DNA of 64,000 bases from an uncultured Candidatus Saccharibacteria bacterium (GCA_964475745.1 CAYYXO010000002.1:11679-75678), one strand, 5' to 3'; positions 39,639 through 53,051 are shown, counted from the first letter of the stretch. Numbers and translations are program-made. The notes: generated by a model from the letters alone, not told the origin.

Positions 39639-40325
39639 ATGTCACTAGTTTCATATAAAAATGTCACCAAGGTTTATAATGACAGTTGTCTAGTTTTAGA
39701 TGATATTTCTTTTGATGTTGTTGAAAATGAGTTCGTTTCTTTAGTGGGTAAATCAGGAGTAGGAAAAACAACTATTTTAAAAATGTTGTTTGCTGATGAA
39801 AAGCCAACAAAAGGTAAGGTTTTATTTGATGGCAATGATATTGCAGAAATGAAAGTAGACGAAGTTTCGATGCTGAGGCGTCAAGTGGGCATTGTTTTTC
39901 AAGATTTTAAACTTTTGCCTAAATTAACTGCTTTTGAAAATGTTGCTTTTGCTTTAGAAGTCGCTGGATATAGCGATGAAAAAATAAAAGAAGAGGTTCC
40001 AGAAGTTCTAAGATTGGTTGGCTTGAGCGATAGAGGCGATAATTTTCCCCATCAATTGTCTGTTGGTGAGAAACAAAGAGTTTCTATTGCTAGAGCTATT
40101 ATTCAAAAACCAGATTTGCTAATTGCTGACGAGCCAACTGGTAATTTAGACCCAATTAATACCTGGGAAATTATTAGGTTGTTATTGAAAATTAATGAAT
40201 TGGGCACAGCTATAATTCTTTCTACTCATGATAAAGAAATTGTTAATACTCTTGGAAGAAGAGTTATTACTTTGGAAAACGGGCGAATTGTTCGAGATGA
40301 AGAAAAAGGAAAGTATGTTTTGTAA
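39639..40325 (+). CDS. ftsE: cell division ATP-binding protein FtsE
   Basis: GKSGVGKT, LRRQVGIVFQDFKLL, ADEPTGNLDP. Confidence 0.93.
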   Translation: MSLVSYKNVTKVYNDSCLVLDDISFDVVENEFVSLVGKSGVGKTTILKMLFADEKPTKGKVLFDGNDIAEMKVDEVSMLRRQVGIVFQDFKLLPKLTAFENVAFALEVAGYSDEKIKEEVPEVLRLVGLSDRGDNFPHQLSVGEKQRVSIARAIIQKPDLLIADEPTGNLDPINTWEIIRLLLKINELGTAIILSTHDKEIVNTLGRRVITLENGRIVRDEEKGKYVL

Positions 40326-40364
40326 AATTAGTATCAATTTATTTAATAATTATAAATAAAAATT

Positions 40365-41309
40365 ATGGGTACATCAATAAGTACAAAATTAAAAAGAATT
40401 TTTAAAAGAGGAATCTTAATTTTAAAAAGAAATGGTTGGTTAACGGTAGCTACAGTCATAACCATGTTTTTAAGTATTTTAGTTTTTACTGGTGTTTTGA
40501 CAATGAACTATGCTTCAAATAAATTTATTGATCATTTACAAGATAAAATTGATATTAGTGTTTATTTTAAAACAGGCGTTGACGAGGGAGAAATTTTAAA
40601 TATTCAAGAAGAGATTGGCAAAGTCGAAGGAGTGGCTAGGACAGAATATGTTTCTAGAGAAAAAGCACTGACTTTTTTTAGAGAAAGATATGGTCACAAT
40701 GAAACAATTTTAAAAGCTTTAGAAGAAATAGGAGAAAACCCTTTGTCAGCTTCAATTAATATAAAAGTAAGCAGCCCTGAATATTATGAAACAGTTTTGT
40801 CATATATTGAAACATCAATATATAAAGACAAGCTAGAAAGAAAAAATTTTACTGAGAGTAGAGATTTGATAGAAAGAGCCTCTGGCTTTATAACGGGTTT
40901 AAAAATAGGCTCAATTGCCATTACTTTAGTTTTAACAACAGTGGCCGTAATAGTAGCCTTTAATACTATAAGAATTGCTATTTATGCTATGAGAGAGGAA
41001 ATAGGTATTATGAAACTAGTAGGTGCGTCTAATTGATTTATTAGAGGTCCATTTCTTTTAGCTGGATTTTTCTATGGATTAATTGCTGCTTTATTGTCGT
41101 TTGTTTTCTATATTCCGTTTCTTTTGAATTTTGGGAAAAAATTTGATGTTTTTGTTGGACAAGCAAGCATAACAGGAGGCTTCTTTTCAAGTTTTATTGG
41201 TTTGTTAATAGTCCAGCTTATTTTTGGAGCTATCTTGGGAGTTATTTCAGCTCTTTGAGCTATTGCTAAGCATTTGAATAGAAAGTTGCCATCTGCAGGA
41301 GAATGTTAA
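40365..41309 (+). CDS. ftsX: cell division permease FtsX
   Basis: ENPLSAS, NTIRIAI, EIGIMKLVGASN(W)FIRGPF. Confidence 0.93.
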
Positions 41310-41334
41310 ATTAAAACATTAAATAAAAAGACAA

Positions 41335-43155
41335 ATGGTAAAAAAATCTTCAAATAAAAAGATATCTTTTAAGCGGATGCTAAAGATATCCTGGTTTGCT
41401 TTTAAGCTATATATTAAGCCAGACAAAATAACTGGCATTTTATTGTTTATTCTAGAGATAATCGATCGTGCAAAAGGCATGGTTAGTTTTGTGATAGTGG
41501 CAAAAATAATTGATGTTGTGGTTGATATATTGCAGAAAGGACAAAGCGTTGATTTGGTTTTGCCTTATTTGATCGTTTTAGTTGGATGAAATGCCTTTTC
41601 AGGATTGATAAGTTTAAATAGGTGGTATTTGAGAAACAAAATGTCTCAAAAATTTTATTGATTAGCAGACATTTTAATTTTTGAACATTATAAAACATTA
41701 GGGGTACCTGTTTTAGAAGATCCTGAAAAAAACAATGCCATTAATCGTGGTAAAAGTGAAATTTTTAGAGTAGGTGATTTGTTTTATCAATTTATTTATT
41801 TTGTGGCTGGAGTGGTTAATGTGGTTATTTCTGGTATAGCAGTTTTTTATTTTTTACCAAAAGTGGTGTGGGTTCTTTTTATTTGGATTTTTTTAAAAAA
41901 CATCCCAGATTTGTGATACACCAAAAAAATGTATCAATATGGGTATAACAGCACAGAAGATAGGAGAAAATATAAGATGATTATTTATTATGTGTTAAAT
42001 AAAGTTAAATTGATTGAGCTAAGTATTCATAATGCTACAAGCTATATAAAAAATAAATATTTGGGATTTGTTGAAAAATATGTTTTGGGATGAATAAAAA
42101 TTAGAAAAGAAATGTATAAGGTCAGTTTATTTTTGGCTATTTTTGATGCTCTATTCCAATTTTGAGCATATTTTATGGTTGTTTCAAAAATTATTATAGA
42201 CAAACTGTCAGTTGGCAGATTGTATTTTTATATAAGCATGGTAAATAGATTTACAAGCTATTTGGAAGATATTTATCAAAGTCTGGTTGGCTTGTACGAG
42301 ACATCTTTAAGAGTTGATGATATTTTTATTTTCTTTGGCTTAAGGCCAAGTTTTCAAGATGGACATATTAAAGTTAAAAAATTTGTAAGCCCACCACAAA
42401 TAACTTTTGATGAGGTAAGCTTCAAATATCCCAATTCAAATAAATTTGTTTTAAAAAATTTAAATTTAAATATTAAGCCAGGGGAAAAAATAGCCATAGT
42501 TGGAGTAAATGGTTCTGGAAAAACAACTTTAATAAAATTGCTTTTAAAATTCTATTTAACGAGCAAGGGAAACATTATGATAAATAAGGATAACATTGAA
42601 GATATAGAGGCAGAATCTTATTATAAAAATGTTGGAGCTTTATTTCAAGATTTCGGTACTTTTGGCGCTTTAAATGCGGAAGACAATATTTTTATTGGCG
42701 ATACAACTTCTTTAAAAAATAAAGCAAAAATAAAAGATGCTGCTGTTCAAGCCGATGCTCATGATTTCATAAAAGAATATAAAAATAAATACAAGCAAAT
42801 TTTAGATGAATTTTTTGAAGGAGGCATAAGGCCAAGTTTTGGTCAATGGCAAAAAATAGCCATTGCTAGGTTGTTTTATCGCAATCCTTGGCTGGTGATT
42901 TTTGATGAGCCAACAGCTTCAATTGATGCAGAAGCAGAGTACAAGATTTTTAATAATATTTATAAGTTTTTTGAAAATAAAACAGTTATTATTATTTCTC
43001 ATCGTTTTTCTACTGTCCGCAATGCTGATCGGATTATATTAATTGATGAAGGAAGGATATTGGAGCAGGGAAATCACGAAGAATTGATAAAATTAAAGGG
43101 TAAATATGCTAAAGCGTTTAGATTGCAAGCAGAAGGATACAAAATAGAAAAATAA
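41335..43155 (+). CDS. ABC exporter, fused TM and ATPase domains
   Basis: GVNGSGKTT, SFGQWQKIAIAR, FDEPT, ISHRFST; 5 TGA in TM part. Confidence 0.9.
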
Positions 43156-43202
43156 AAAAGGCGCCTGTTCTTGATAGAGCGGGCGCCGAGGTTTTTTGGT
43201 AT

Positions 43203-43406
43203 TTATTCTGTATAGTGTTTAATGATTTCTTCACATGAATGGACATCTTTTAACATGTTCCAGTTTGGTCCGTGACATCGTTTAAATACGATGCATTTTT
43301 TACATTTTGCGGGAGCATTTTTCTCGGATTTTTCAATCAACTGCTTATCTACTTCGAGAGTAATTTTTAAGAGATCCAAAAAACCTTCCGGATCTTTGTC
43401 TGTCAT
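43203..43406 (-). CDS. small Cys-containing hypothetical protein (SD-led orphan)
   Basis: own promoter TTGCAA-17-TATAAT, AAAGGA before ATG, CKKCIVFKRC; Trp is TGG. Confidence 0.65.
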   Translation of the reverse strand: MTDKDPEGFLDLLKITLEVDKQLIEKSEKNAPAKCKKCIVFKRCHGPNWNMLKDVHSCEEIIKHYTE

Positions 43407-43485
43407 TTTTAGTTCCTTTCTTGTTAAGATTCAAATATGCCTATATGCCTTCTATTATACCATAGATTTTATTGTTTTGCAAATA

Positions 43486-43515
43486 AAAAACCCCGCCTGA
43501 TTAGGCGGGGTTTTT
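43486..43515 (-). terminator. terminator of tRNA-Gln
   Basis: AAAAACCCCGCCT-GATT-AGGCGGGGTTTTT. Confidence 0.8.
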
Positions 43516-43519
43516 AGTG

Positions 43520-43590
43520 CTGCGGGACTTGGACTCGAACCAAGATACTCGGCTTCAAAGGCCGATGTCCTACCATTAGACGATCCCGCA
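43520..43590 (-). tRNA. tRNA-Gln(UUG)
   Basis: cloverleaf TGCGGGA...TCCCGCA-G, anticodon arm TCGGC-CTTTGAA-GCCGA, GGTTCGAGTCC; CCA not encoded. Confidence 0.95.
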
Positions 43591-43714
43591 ATGTTTTTTC
43601 TTGTTTTTTATATATTACTATATTTTTGGTCAAAAATCAAGTTTTTTAAGTGGCAAATTTTTAATAATTTTGATATACTTTTATATAATTAAAAAAATAA
43701 ATTTAAAGATTATT

Positions 43715-44044
43715 ATGAAAAAAATAATTGTTTTGAGCTTTTATTTGGCTACATTGTTTTTGGTTTGCTTTTTTTGACAAAAACCCGTAGTGTGTTTTGT
43801 AGGATTGTTAATTCTTAGTATTTTGTATTTTGTATTTTTGAATAGAAAAAATGCTTTGATGATTTTTATAACCATTGGTCTTTTGGGTTCAATTTCTGAA
43901 GCTATTTGTGTTTATTTTGGAGCTTGAAGCTATACTATTCCTAATATCTTTGGCATTCCTATTTGATTGCCATTAGTTTGAGGTATGGCTGGCTTATGTT
44001 TTTGAGATATAAATCGATTCTTTCAAAAAGCTGACAATAAATAA
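43715..44044 (+). CDS. small multi-TM protein (DUF2878-like)
   Basis: EAICVYFGA(W)SY..FGIPI(W)LPLV(W)G; 5 TGA, so invisible in ORF track. Confidence 0.75.
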
Positions 44045-44125
44045 AATAATAGAGCTAGTTTTTTGTTGTTTATTTTTTTGTTTTGTGGTACATTATTTTA
44101 AGTAACAAATCATTAAAAAATTATT

Positions 44126-45223
44126 ATGAATGTGGATTATTTTTATCATATTTTAGGCCAAAGTTTTTGAGGAAATGTCTTTTGAGGAAATACGCTTTGG
44201 CAATATGCAATTGCTTTTTTGGTGTTTTTGGCTGTTTTGTTGGTTTTAAAACTTTTTAAATCAATTGCCATTAGAAAATTGCAATATATTTGCCATAAGA
44301 CTATAAACGAGATTGATGAATTGGTAATGGAAGTGGTTGCTTCTATTGGTTGGTTTTTCTATTTAGTAGTGGCATTGTTTGTTTCTTTTAGGCTGTTAAA
44401 TATTCCAAATTTTTTAAATGTTTTAAGTGTCTTTGTTTTAGTCGTTTTTATTATTCTTTATGTAATAAAAATAATTGAAAAAATAGTTGTTTTTCATTTG
44501 AACAAAACAGCTGAAAAAATGAATGAAAATGGTGAAACAGAAGATAGAAAAGTTGACCCAGCTATTGTAAAGTTTTTGAGTAGTTTGTTGAAAGTTATTT
44601 TGTGGACATTGGCAGCGATAATTGTTCTTGAAAACTTGGGCTACAATGTTACTTCATTGGCAGCTGGCTTGGGTATTGGTGGTATTGCTATTGCTTTAGC
44701 AATGCAAAATGTTTTAGGAGATATTTTTGCTTCTTTTTCAATTTATTTTGATCAACCTTTTAAAGTGGGAGATTTTATTGTGATTGGCGCTGAAAGAGGG
44801 GTGGTCCAAAATATTGGCATTAAAAGTACTAGATTAAAAACTTTACAAGGAGAGGAATTAGTGGTTTCAAATAGAGAACTGACTCAAACTCAGATACATA
44901 ATTTTAAAAAAATGCAAAGAAGAAGAATTGTATTTAATTTTGGAGTTGTTTATAGTACTCCTTCGGCTAAGCTTAAAAGAATATTAGAAATTGTTAAAGA
45001 AATAACAGAGGATATTGATATTGTTGATTTGGACAGAGTTCATTTTGCTAAATTTGCAGAATTTAGTTTAAACTTTGAGGTGGTATATTTTTTAAATTCG
45101 AAAGAATACAATGTGTTTATGGATACACAGCAGGAAATTAATTTCCAAATAAAAGAAAAGTTTGAAAAAGAAAAAATTGTAATGGCATTTCCAACTCAGA
45201 CAATTCATCTTGAAAAAAATTAA
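44126..45223 (+). CDS. mscS: small-conductance mechanosensitive channel
   Basis: AGLGIGGIAIALAMQ, PFKVGDFI, AFPTQT. Confidence 0.92.
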
Positions 45224-45232
45224 AAATTTTTC

Positions 45233-47863
45233 ATGGAAAACGACAAAAAAATATTAATGATTGTCGATAGCAATGCCTTAATACATAGAGCTTACCATGC
45301 TTTGCCTGGGCTGACAGCTCCAGACGGCACATTGGTAAATGCAGTATATGGTTTTTGTTTGATTTTTTTTAAGGCAATAACTGAAATAAAGCCAGACTAT
45401 ATTGTGGCTAGTTTTGATGTTAAGGGAAAGACTTTTCGCCATGATGAATTTGAAGATTATAAAGCAACTAGAGAAAAAAAAGCAGATAATTTTTACCATC
45501 AGATACCAATAATTAAAGATGTTTTAAAAAGTATGGATGTTTTGGTTTTGGAAAAACAAGGATTTGAAGCTGATGATGTAATAGGCACAGTAGCAGAAAT
45601 GACCAAAGATGAAAATTTAGAAACAGTGGTGGTTACTGGAGATTTAGATACTCTGCAGCTTTTAAGAGAAGATTTAAAAGTATGAACTTTAAAAGTTGGC
45701 ATCTCAAACAGTGTGGTTTATGATATTAAAAAATTTAAAGAAAGGTATGAGCTGGAAGTTGATCAGTTTGTTGATTTTAAAGCATTAAAGGGAGACCCTT
45801 CAGATAATATTCCTGGAGTTGCTGGGGTTGGAGATAAAACGGCTATGGATGTTTTAAAAAAACATGGTAGTTTAGAAAAGCTATATCAAGAAATAGATGG
45901 TATTTTAGCTGACCCAATGCTGAAGCCAAAAGATAAAAAACTTTATTTAAAATTAAAAGAAGCCGAAGACGAGGCTATGTTTAGCCAACATCTATCTATG
46001 ATAAAAAGAGATGTAGAAATTGATTTTAGTTTGGCTAAGGCAAAATTTGATTTTAAAGAAAAAGAAAAAACAGCTAAAATTTTTAGAGAGCTTGGCTTTA
46101 CTTCTTTAGTGGCCAAGCTAAACATGAATATGATTGAAAGCGCTTCAAAAATAAAAGATACAAAAAATAAAAAAGAAGTAAAGATGGCGAGTGACTTAGC
46201 AGAATTTCAAAAAGAATTGAAAAAAGAAAAGATTTTTATTTTAGAAAATGAGCAGACAAATGAAAAGGAACCAGGATTGATCTTGTTTTTTGAAAAAGAA
46301 GAATATTTTGTTTGAGTAAAAGTTTTGAAAGATAATATAAAAGATATAAAAGAAATATTAAAAAATAGAGATTTGATTGTTTTTGATGCTAAGAATTTGT
46401 ATTATAAATATGCAAATTGTTTTGAGAATTTTTGTTTTTATGATTTAAAAATAGCTTTTTGGCTTTTGGATTCTCAGAGAAAAGATTACACTATAGAAGC
46501 TATGGTTAAAAAACTTAATATTAAGAGTGAAAAAGCTTTTAGTTTTTTATATAACTATGATATAGAGGATTGGGTTTTGCTTTTTAACGATCTTTACAGG
46601 ATTAGTTGGTCCAAAATTATTAATTTGAAGTTGGAAAGAGTTTTAAATGAAATTGAAAAACCTTTGATAGGGGTTTTAGTTGACATGGAAAAAAATGGTA
46701 TAAAACTTGACGTAAATTATTTAAAAAAAGTCAAAGATCAAATTAGATTGTTGATTTTAGAGCTAGAAGAGGAAATTTATGAGTTGGTGGGTGAAAAGTT
46801 TAATGTTAATTCACCAAAGCAATTATCGGAAATTTTGTTTGAAAAATTAAAAATATCAACAAAAGGATTGGCAAAAACAAGTACTAAAAAAATATCAACA
46901 AATAGCGATGAGCTAGAAAAGATTTTAGAAAGCCATGAGGTAATATCAAAGATTATAAAATATCGAGAATTGTCAAAATTGGAAAATTCTTTTTTAAACA
47001 CTTTGCCTAAGTTTGTAAGCAAAGAAGATGGTCGCATTCATACGACTTTTGTGCAAACAGGAACAGCTACAGGCAGACTTTCTTCTGACACGCCTAATTT
47101 ACAAAATATTCCAGTGAGAGGCGAGACAGGATCTTTAGTGAGAAAAGCTTTTGTGGCAGAAGAGGGTTGAGATTTGGTTTCTTTTGATTATTCTCAGATG
47201 GAATTAAGAATCGCTGCTAAGCTTTCAAATGACCCAAAAATGTTGAAAGCATTTAGAGAGGGAAAAGATTTTCATCGATATACTGCCAGCCTAGTCAATA
47301 AGATTGATTATGAAAAAGTAACAAAAATTCAGAGAGATAAGGCTAAGGCACTTAATTTTGGCATTATTTATGGTATGGGCTCAAAAGCTTTTTCTTTATC
47401 AGCTAATATTTCTAGGGATGAAGCTAAAGAATTTATAAAGCAATATTTTCAGATATATGATGAGTTAAAAAATTTTATGGAAGGTTTAAAAAATATAGCA
47501 AAGGAAAAAGGCTATGCAGAAACATTGTTTGGGAGAAAGAGATTTTTGCCTTTTATTGGTTCAGTTGGCATGCAAGCAGCGATGGATGAAAGAATTGCTA
47601 TAAATATGCCGGTGCAGGGTTTGGCAGCTGATATTATAAAATGCGCCATGGTAAAGATAAATAAATATTTAAAAGATAATAATTTGCAAAATGAAATAAA
47701 AATGGTTTTGCAGATTCACGATGAATTAATTTTTGAAGTTAAAAAAAATGTGACAGAAAAAGAAATTTTTGATACAATAAAAAACATCATGGAAGAAAAT
47801 GAATTTGATATTTTATTAAAAGTTGATAATAAAGTCGGCAAAAATTGAGGCGATTTAAAATAA
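45233..47863 (+). CDS. polA: DNA polymerase I
   Basis: EADDVIG, GDPSDNIPGV, TATGRLSS, DYSQMELR, NFGIIYG, QIHDEL, GKN(W)G. Confidence 0.97.
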
Positions 47864-47867
47864 AAAT

Positions 47868-49223
47868 ATGACAAAAAGGGAGATAAAAAAATTTTTCGAA
47901 AAAATAAAAGTAGCAGCTAAATTCTGATCTTTTTGATTGGTGACTATTTTGATAATGTTGAGTTTAGGCTGTTTTTTGTTTAGAGTGATTGATAATAACT
48001 TGGTGATTTTAGATTATGGATTTCTGGTTTTGCCAGCAGCATTATTTGTTTTGATCTTTTTTTTAATTGATGTTATTTATCGAGTTGCTAACATAGAGAC
48101 AGAAAAAAGCCAAGTGGATGGAATGATGTTTGGTATGCATGATGCGGTGATTGCCTATGACCAAGATTTTAAAATAACTTTAGTCAATGAATCTTTAGAA
48201 AGGCTATGCAATATAAAAAAAGAAGATATTTTAGGTAAAAAAATAACTCCAGAATGAAATAATTTTGAAAGATATGCTTTATTAACAAAAATTGTTTTTC
48301 CTTCTTTAGCTCCGGAAATGTCTCGTTTGTCGCCAAGTGCAAATCCATCTAAAATACTGATAAAACTTTTTAAACCAAAGGAATATATTTTGGAAATAAT
48401 AACCACCAAGGTAAAAAACTTATATGATCATTCTTTTGGCTTTGTTAGAATCATAAAAGACAGAACAAGGGAAAATCAATTGTTAAAAAGTAAGTCGGAT
48501 TTTATTACTATAGCGGCGCATCAATTAAGAACTCCGCTAACAGGAATTACTTGGGCAGTTGAAGTAATGCATAGAAAAGAATTGGGAGAAATAAATGCTA
48601 GTCAAGAAAAAGCGTTAGGCCAAAGCTTAGAAGCTCTAAGAGAAATGTCTTTAACAATAGATGAATTATTAAAAGCAGCAAGCATTGAAGAAGGAAGATT
48701 TGATTATAATTTTGAATTAGGAGATATTATTTCCATTACTAATGATGTTTTAAGGGCATCTTTGATAAAAGCTCAGCAAAAAGAAGTTAAACTTCTTTTT
48801 TATCCACCAGGGTTTAAGCTACCCAAGTTTGTTATGGATAGAGAAAAAATAAAAACATTGATGGTTAATTTGATTGATAATGCCATTAAATATAATGTTG
48901 AAAAAGGAGAGGTGAGGATTAAAATAACACAAGTTATTGACAAGCCGTTTATTAAGGTTAGCGTTGAAGATACTGGTATTGGCATGAATGATCATGACAC
49001 AGAAAATGTTTTTGAGAAGTTTTATAGAGGTCAAAGTGTTTTGAAATCGCATACTTCTGGTATTGGTTTAGGCCTATATATTTCAAAAAACATTGTTTTA
49101 AATCACGGAGGTCAAATATGGGTTGATTCAGTAGAAAAAAGAGGAAGCGTGTTTAGTTTTACTTTGCCACTTGATCAAAACTATATTCCGCCGCAAATGA
49201 AATCGCCCTTAAACACTTTATAA
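47868..49223 (+). CDS. PAS-domain sensor histidine kinase
   Basis: 2 TM, AAHQLRTPL, NLIDNAIKY, DTGIG, GIGLGL. Confidence 0.9.
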
Positions 49224-49272
49224 GCAAGTAGTTAAAAAGTAAAGGTCGAGTTAATAAAAACAAAAAAATATT

Positions 49273-49521
49273 ATGAACAAGAGGATAGGGATAATCACTC
49301 ATGTTTTTGATAGAATAGGCGTGGCGATAGTTTACCTAGAAGACAATTTAAAAATAGGAGATGTCATAAGAATTTCTGGGAAAAACGCTGAGTTTACTCA
49401 AACAGTGGACTCAATGCAAGTTGATAGACAGGGAATTGATTCAGCGCAAAAAGGAGCTACGGTAGGTATAAAGGTAAATGATAGTGTTCAAGAGGGTGAT
49501 GAAATTTTCCTAGTGGAATAA
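49273..49521 (+). CDS. EF-Tu domain II-like small protein
   Basis: IGIITHVFDRIGVA, LKIGD, VDSMQ, GATVGIK. Confidence 0.7.
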   Translation: MNKRIGIITHVFDRIGVAIVYLEDNLKIGDVIRISGKNAEFTQTVDSMQVDRQGIDSAQKGATVGIKVNDSVQEGDEIFLVE

Positions 49522-49534
49522 ATAAAAATTAACA

Positions 49535-50707
49535 ATGAAAAAAAATCAATTACTGCTAACAGTGGAATCCATGGCTATATTGGTCGGGACGATTGTTAGC
49601 GCGGGTATTTTTGTGTTGCCATATATTAATATAAGATCTGGTCTTTTAGCGACAAATGTTTGATTAATTCTTTTGGGAATTTTGGTTTGTGTTTTACATT
49701 TGATTTTTGGTGAAATAGTTTTGCGCACCAAAGGTGATTATAAGTTGCCAGGGTATGCGGGTATTTATTTGGGCAAAACAGTAAAAAGATTTTTTGGCTT
49801 TGCTAGTGTATTAACATTGGCTTTTTCATTGTTGATCTTTATTATTATGGTAAATAATTTTGTACAGATTTTATTTTTTCAACATATGGCCTATTTAAAA
49901 CCTTATAGCTTTGTTTTGGTGTGATTCTTGTTAAATTTATTTTTATTTTTTAAATATGCCAAGGTAAGTAAGTGTAATTTTTTTTTAACTTTTGTTTTGA
50001 TTGGTTTGATGGGAGTGGTTTCTTTTTTATGTATTTCTAAAATTGATTTTTCTTCAGTATTAAATTTTTCTCGACTTTTGTTTACAAAAGATTTTTATGC
50101 TTCCTATGGAGTGGTTTTCTTTTCTTTTGACGGCCTGGTAGCCATGCCAATAATGTTTAGTTTGCTTAGATCCAAAAAAGCTGCTAAGAAAGTTTTTAAA
50201 AGATCAGTAATATTGGCCTTTGCTTTTGTGGTAGCATTGTATTTTGTTTTTATGAATGCCATTAGTTTGCTTTCAAGAGGATCCACTTCTATTGATGCTA
50301 TTTCTGGCTTGGCACCATTTTTTGGTCCAGTACTGGTGCTTATTGGGTCTATTCTTGGCATTTTAGCTATTTCGACTGGGTATATTACTTTTTCTTTTTA
50401 TTATAAAGAAATGCTTCAGTCTGATTTTAAAATAAGTAATGCTAAAAGTATTTTGATTACTATGTTTTTGCCTTTAGTTTTTTTACTTTTAGGTGCAACA
50501 AAGGTTGATGATTTGATGTCGTTAACAGGTGGTATTATGGGAGGTTTGGTAGGTATAATAATTTTATTTGTCTATAAAAAAGCAAAAGAAACAAGCAAGG
50601 TAAAACCTGCCTATAGCTTAAACTTGCCTAATTGATCTCTGGTGGTTATTGGCGGAATTTGATTTCTCGGGTCAATGTCTCAAGTATTTTTAAGAATGAT
50701 AAAATAG
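49535..50707 (+). CDS. aromatic amino acid/APC-type permease
   Basis: GTIVSAGIFVLPY, YGVVFFSFDG; about 11 TM. Confidence 0.82.
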
Positions 50708-50773
50708 CAATTGACATTATTTTAATAATTTTATACAATATAGTTAGATGAAAAAATAAATTAACAAATTTTT

Positions 50774-52960
50774 ATGAAAAAAATTCTTATTGTTTTGACT
50801 TTATTATTGCTTGTGTTTAAAATTGCCTTATCGGCTAGCAATGAATTTTGTATTACGGGCAAAATTATTGGTATGAGCACAAGCGCACAAACGATTGTAG
50901 TTGAGCCAGAAATTTCTTTAACAACAAGGGTGGTTAGTTTTTTAAAAAATATTTTTAATCGACAGTCATCTGTTGCTCCGACTCAATATGTTTTTGAGCT
51001 AACAAAAACAACTCAATTATTAGATGATAAAAAAAATCTTATTACTTTAGACAATGTTTCTATTGGTGATAGGGTCACTGCTTGTGGCATTGTGATGGAA
51101 GAAGATGAAGACTATAATATATTACAAGCAAGATCTGTGGCTATTCAAAAGCAACGAGGTTCTTTAATTGCTGAATGAGTAAGTACTTTAGTTGATATTG
51201 GACAAAGAAGAGAATTTAATGTTACAGAAAGAGGAGGCGTTGATGTTGGCGTAGGATTATGGCCGATAACTTCCATGACCAACTGTGTTTTTGAAGGCGA
51301 GCCTGTTTTGATAAATCCTTTGCTTGATCCAAAAGGTGAAAAAGTAAAGCCATGTTGTGATGGTCTGATTTTATGTAAATCAGAAGAAGGCACAGTTACA
51401 AAGCTAGGAGTTAATTATATTATTGCGGGAGTTTGTATGAGAAATTGTGAAGATCCAATTAATGCAAATGATGCTGACAAATTTAAAATTTATTCTCCCT
51501 GAGAGCTTTTAAAAAATCAAATGGCAAAATTTCAAGAGTCTGATAAAATTTCTTTACCAAAAGAAAAAAATCTTTTAACTTTACCTCCCCAATGTCTAAC
51601 GGATGATGATTGTTTTCCTTTTCCAGATGATTTTGATATTGATGGGATGAGGATCATAAAGCCTAATTCTATGTTTCAAAGTATAGGAAATATTCCAGAA
51701 GGATGATTGCCTGTTTGCAGAAAAGGGGTTTGCGTTTGAGAGATAGCATATCCTCAGCCAAGAGTGGATGACTTTGAAAGAGAGATTTATTGAGCTGGAT
51801 ATTGTTCAAAAGATGATGAATGTGTTTTTGATGGTAACAGTTGTGTTTTAAGAAGCAATGCTTATTCTGGATTAGGTTTTTTTGCAGAGATGTTTATAGA
51901 TAAAAATAAATCAGCAGATTGTGTTTGTAGAAATAATGCTTGTGTTAGTTTAAGTGGAATGGGATTGGGATTGCCAGGAAGAGGATTGATTGATTGTGGC
52001 AAAGAGGTGGTTGAGGTTTGTGGAGAAGATAATAAAACTTATCTAAACCCATGTTTTGCTATACAAGCAGGTGTTAATATTAAACATTATGGCAAATGTA
52101 TGTCAGACGCTGGGAAAAAACCCGATACAGGTATGATACCATTTCCAGATGACGACCCAATGATGTGTAAAAGTAATTTTGAATGTGCGTGGTGTAATAA
52201 TGGTTGTTTTACCAGAGAAATGATATCCCAAAGCAATATGAAATGCGATCCAAATAAAAAAATTCCTCAAGGCATGACTTGTCTTTGCTTAAGAAGTGGA
52301 ATGTGTGAGCTTAGGTCACAAGGTGATTTAGGCGGAGCTGTGCCACCAGCAACTTCACCAGAAAGAAGGCATGTGCCCGATAATGTTTGCCTAGCAGATA
52401 AAGATTGTGTTTTTTGTGGACAAGAATGTTTAACCACAATAGTTGTTGACCAGATGATTTCTATGGGCAGATCTTGTAGAGTTGATTTACAACCAGCAAA
52501 TGCAAAATGTGTTTGCAGGCAAAGCAATTGTTCAATTGAATATCAACAAGTACCTCAACCAGAACCGCCAAAAAGTGAAAACGGGCAAATTAACCCAAGA
52601 GAATCAAATATATTAGGTTTTTGTGGTATAGAGACAGGAGGGTATTGTAGTAATGATGCAGATTGTAAAGTAGGAGGATGTTCTGGGCAAGTGTGTCAAT
52701 CAAGAACAGAAGTGGATATGATTACTATATGCGATTGAAAAGATTGTTATCAAAAACAAGGTGTTTATTGTGGATGTGTTTCAAATAAATGCATGTGGTA
52801 TCAATCGGGAAGTCAAAATCTACCTCAGCCTCCAGAGAGCAGTTTTCCTGAGATAGGTTTTCCTCATATTGACAATCAAATAAATGTCAATTACCATGAT
52901 CAGAATATGTTTCAGCATAATAATGATTTATGGCAATCGCCAACATACATTACTTATTAA
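50774..52960 (+). CDS. secreted Cys-rich protein with Kazal-like and eight-cysteine-cluster-like domains (728 aa)
   Basis: signal peptide; CxxDxxC repeats; VCGEDNKTYLNPC..GKC; CSNDADCKVGGCSGQVC..CD(W)KDCY..CGCVSNKCMW; 6 TGA. Confidence 0.82.
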
Positions 52961-52968
52961 AAATTTAA

Positions 52969-53000
52969 AACTAGCGAAAAGCAAAGCTTTTCGCTAGTTT
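52969..53000 (+). terminator. terminator
   Basis: AACTAGCGAAAAGC-AAA-GCTTTTCGCTAGTT. Confidence 0.75.
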
Positions 53001-53051
53001 ATTGAATAGCAAAGAAATATGTGATAAGCTATAGAAAACTTAAAAGAAACT

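Noticed and set aside
44164-44192. Direct repeat TTTTGAGGAAAT twice in the mscS 5' end
   Set aside because: A small in-frame duplication (FWGN x2); no evidence of function.
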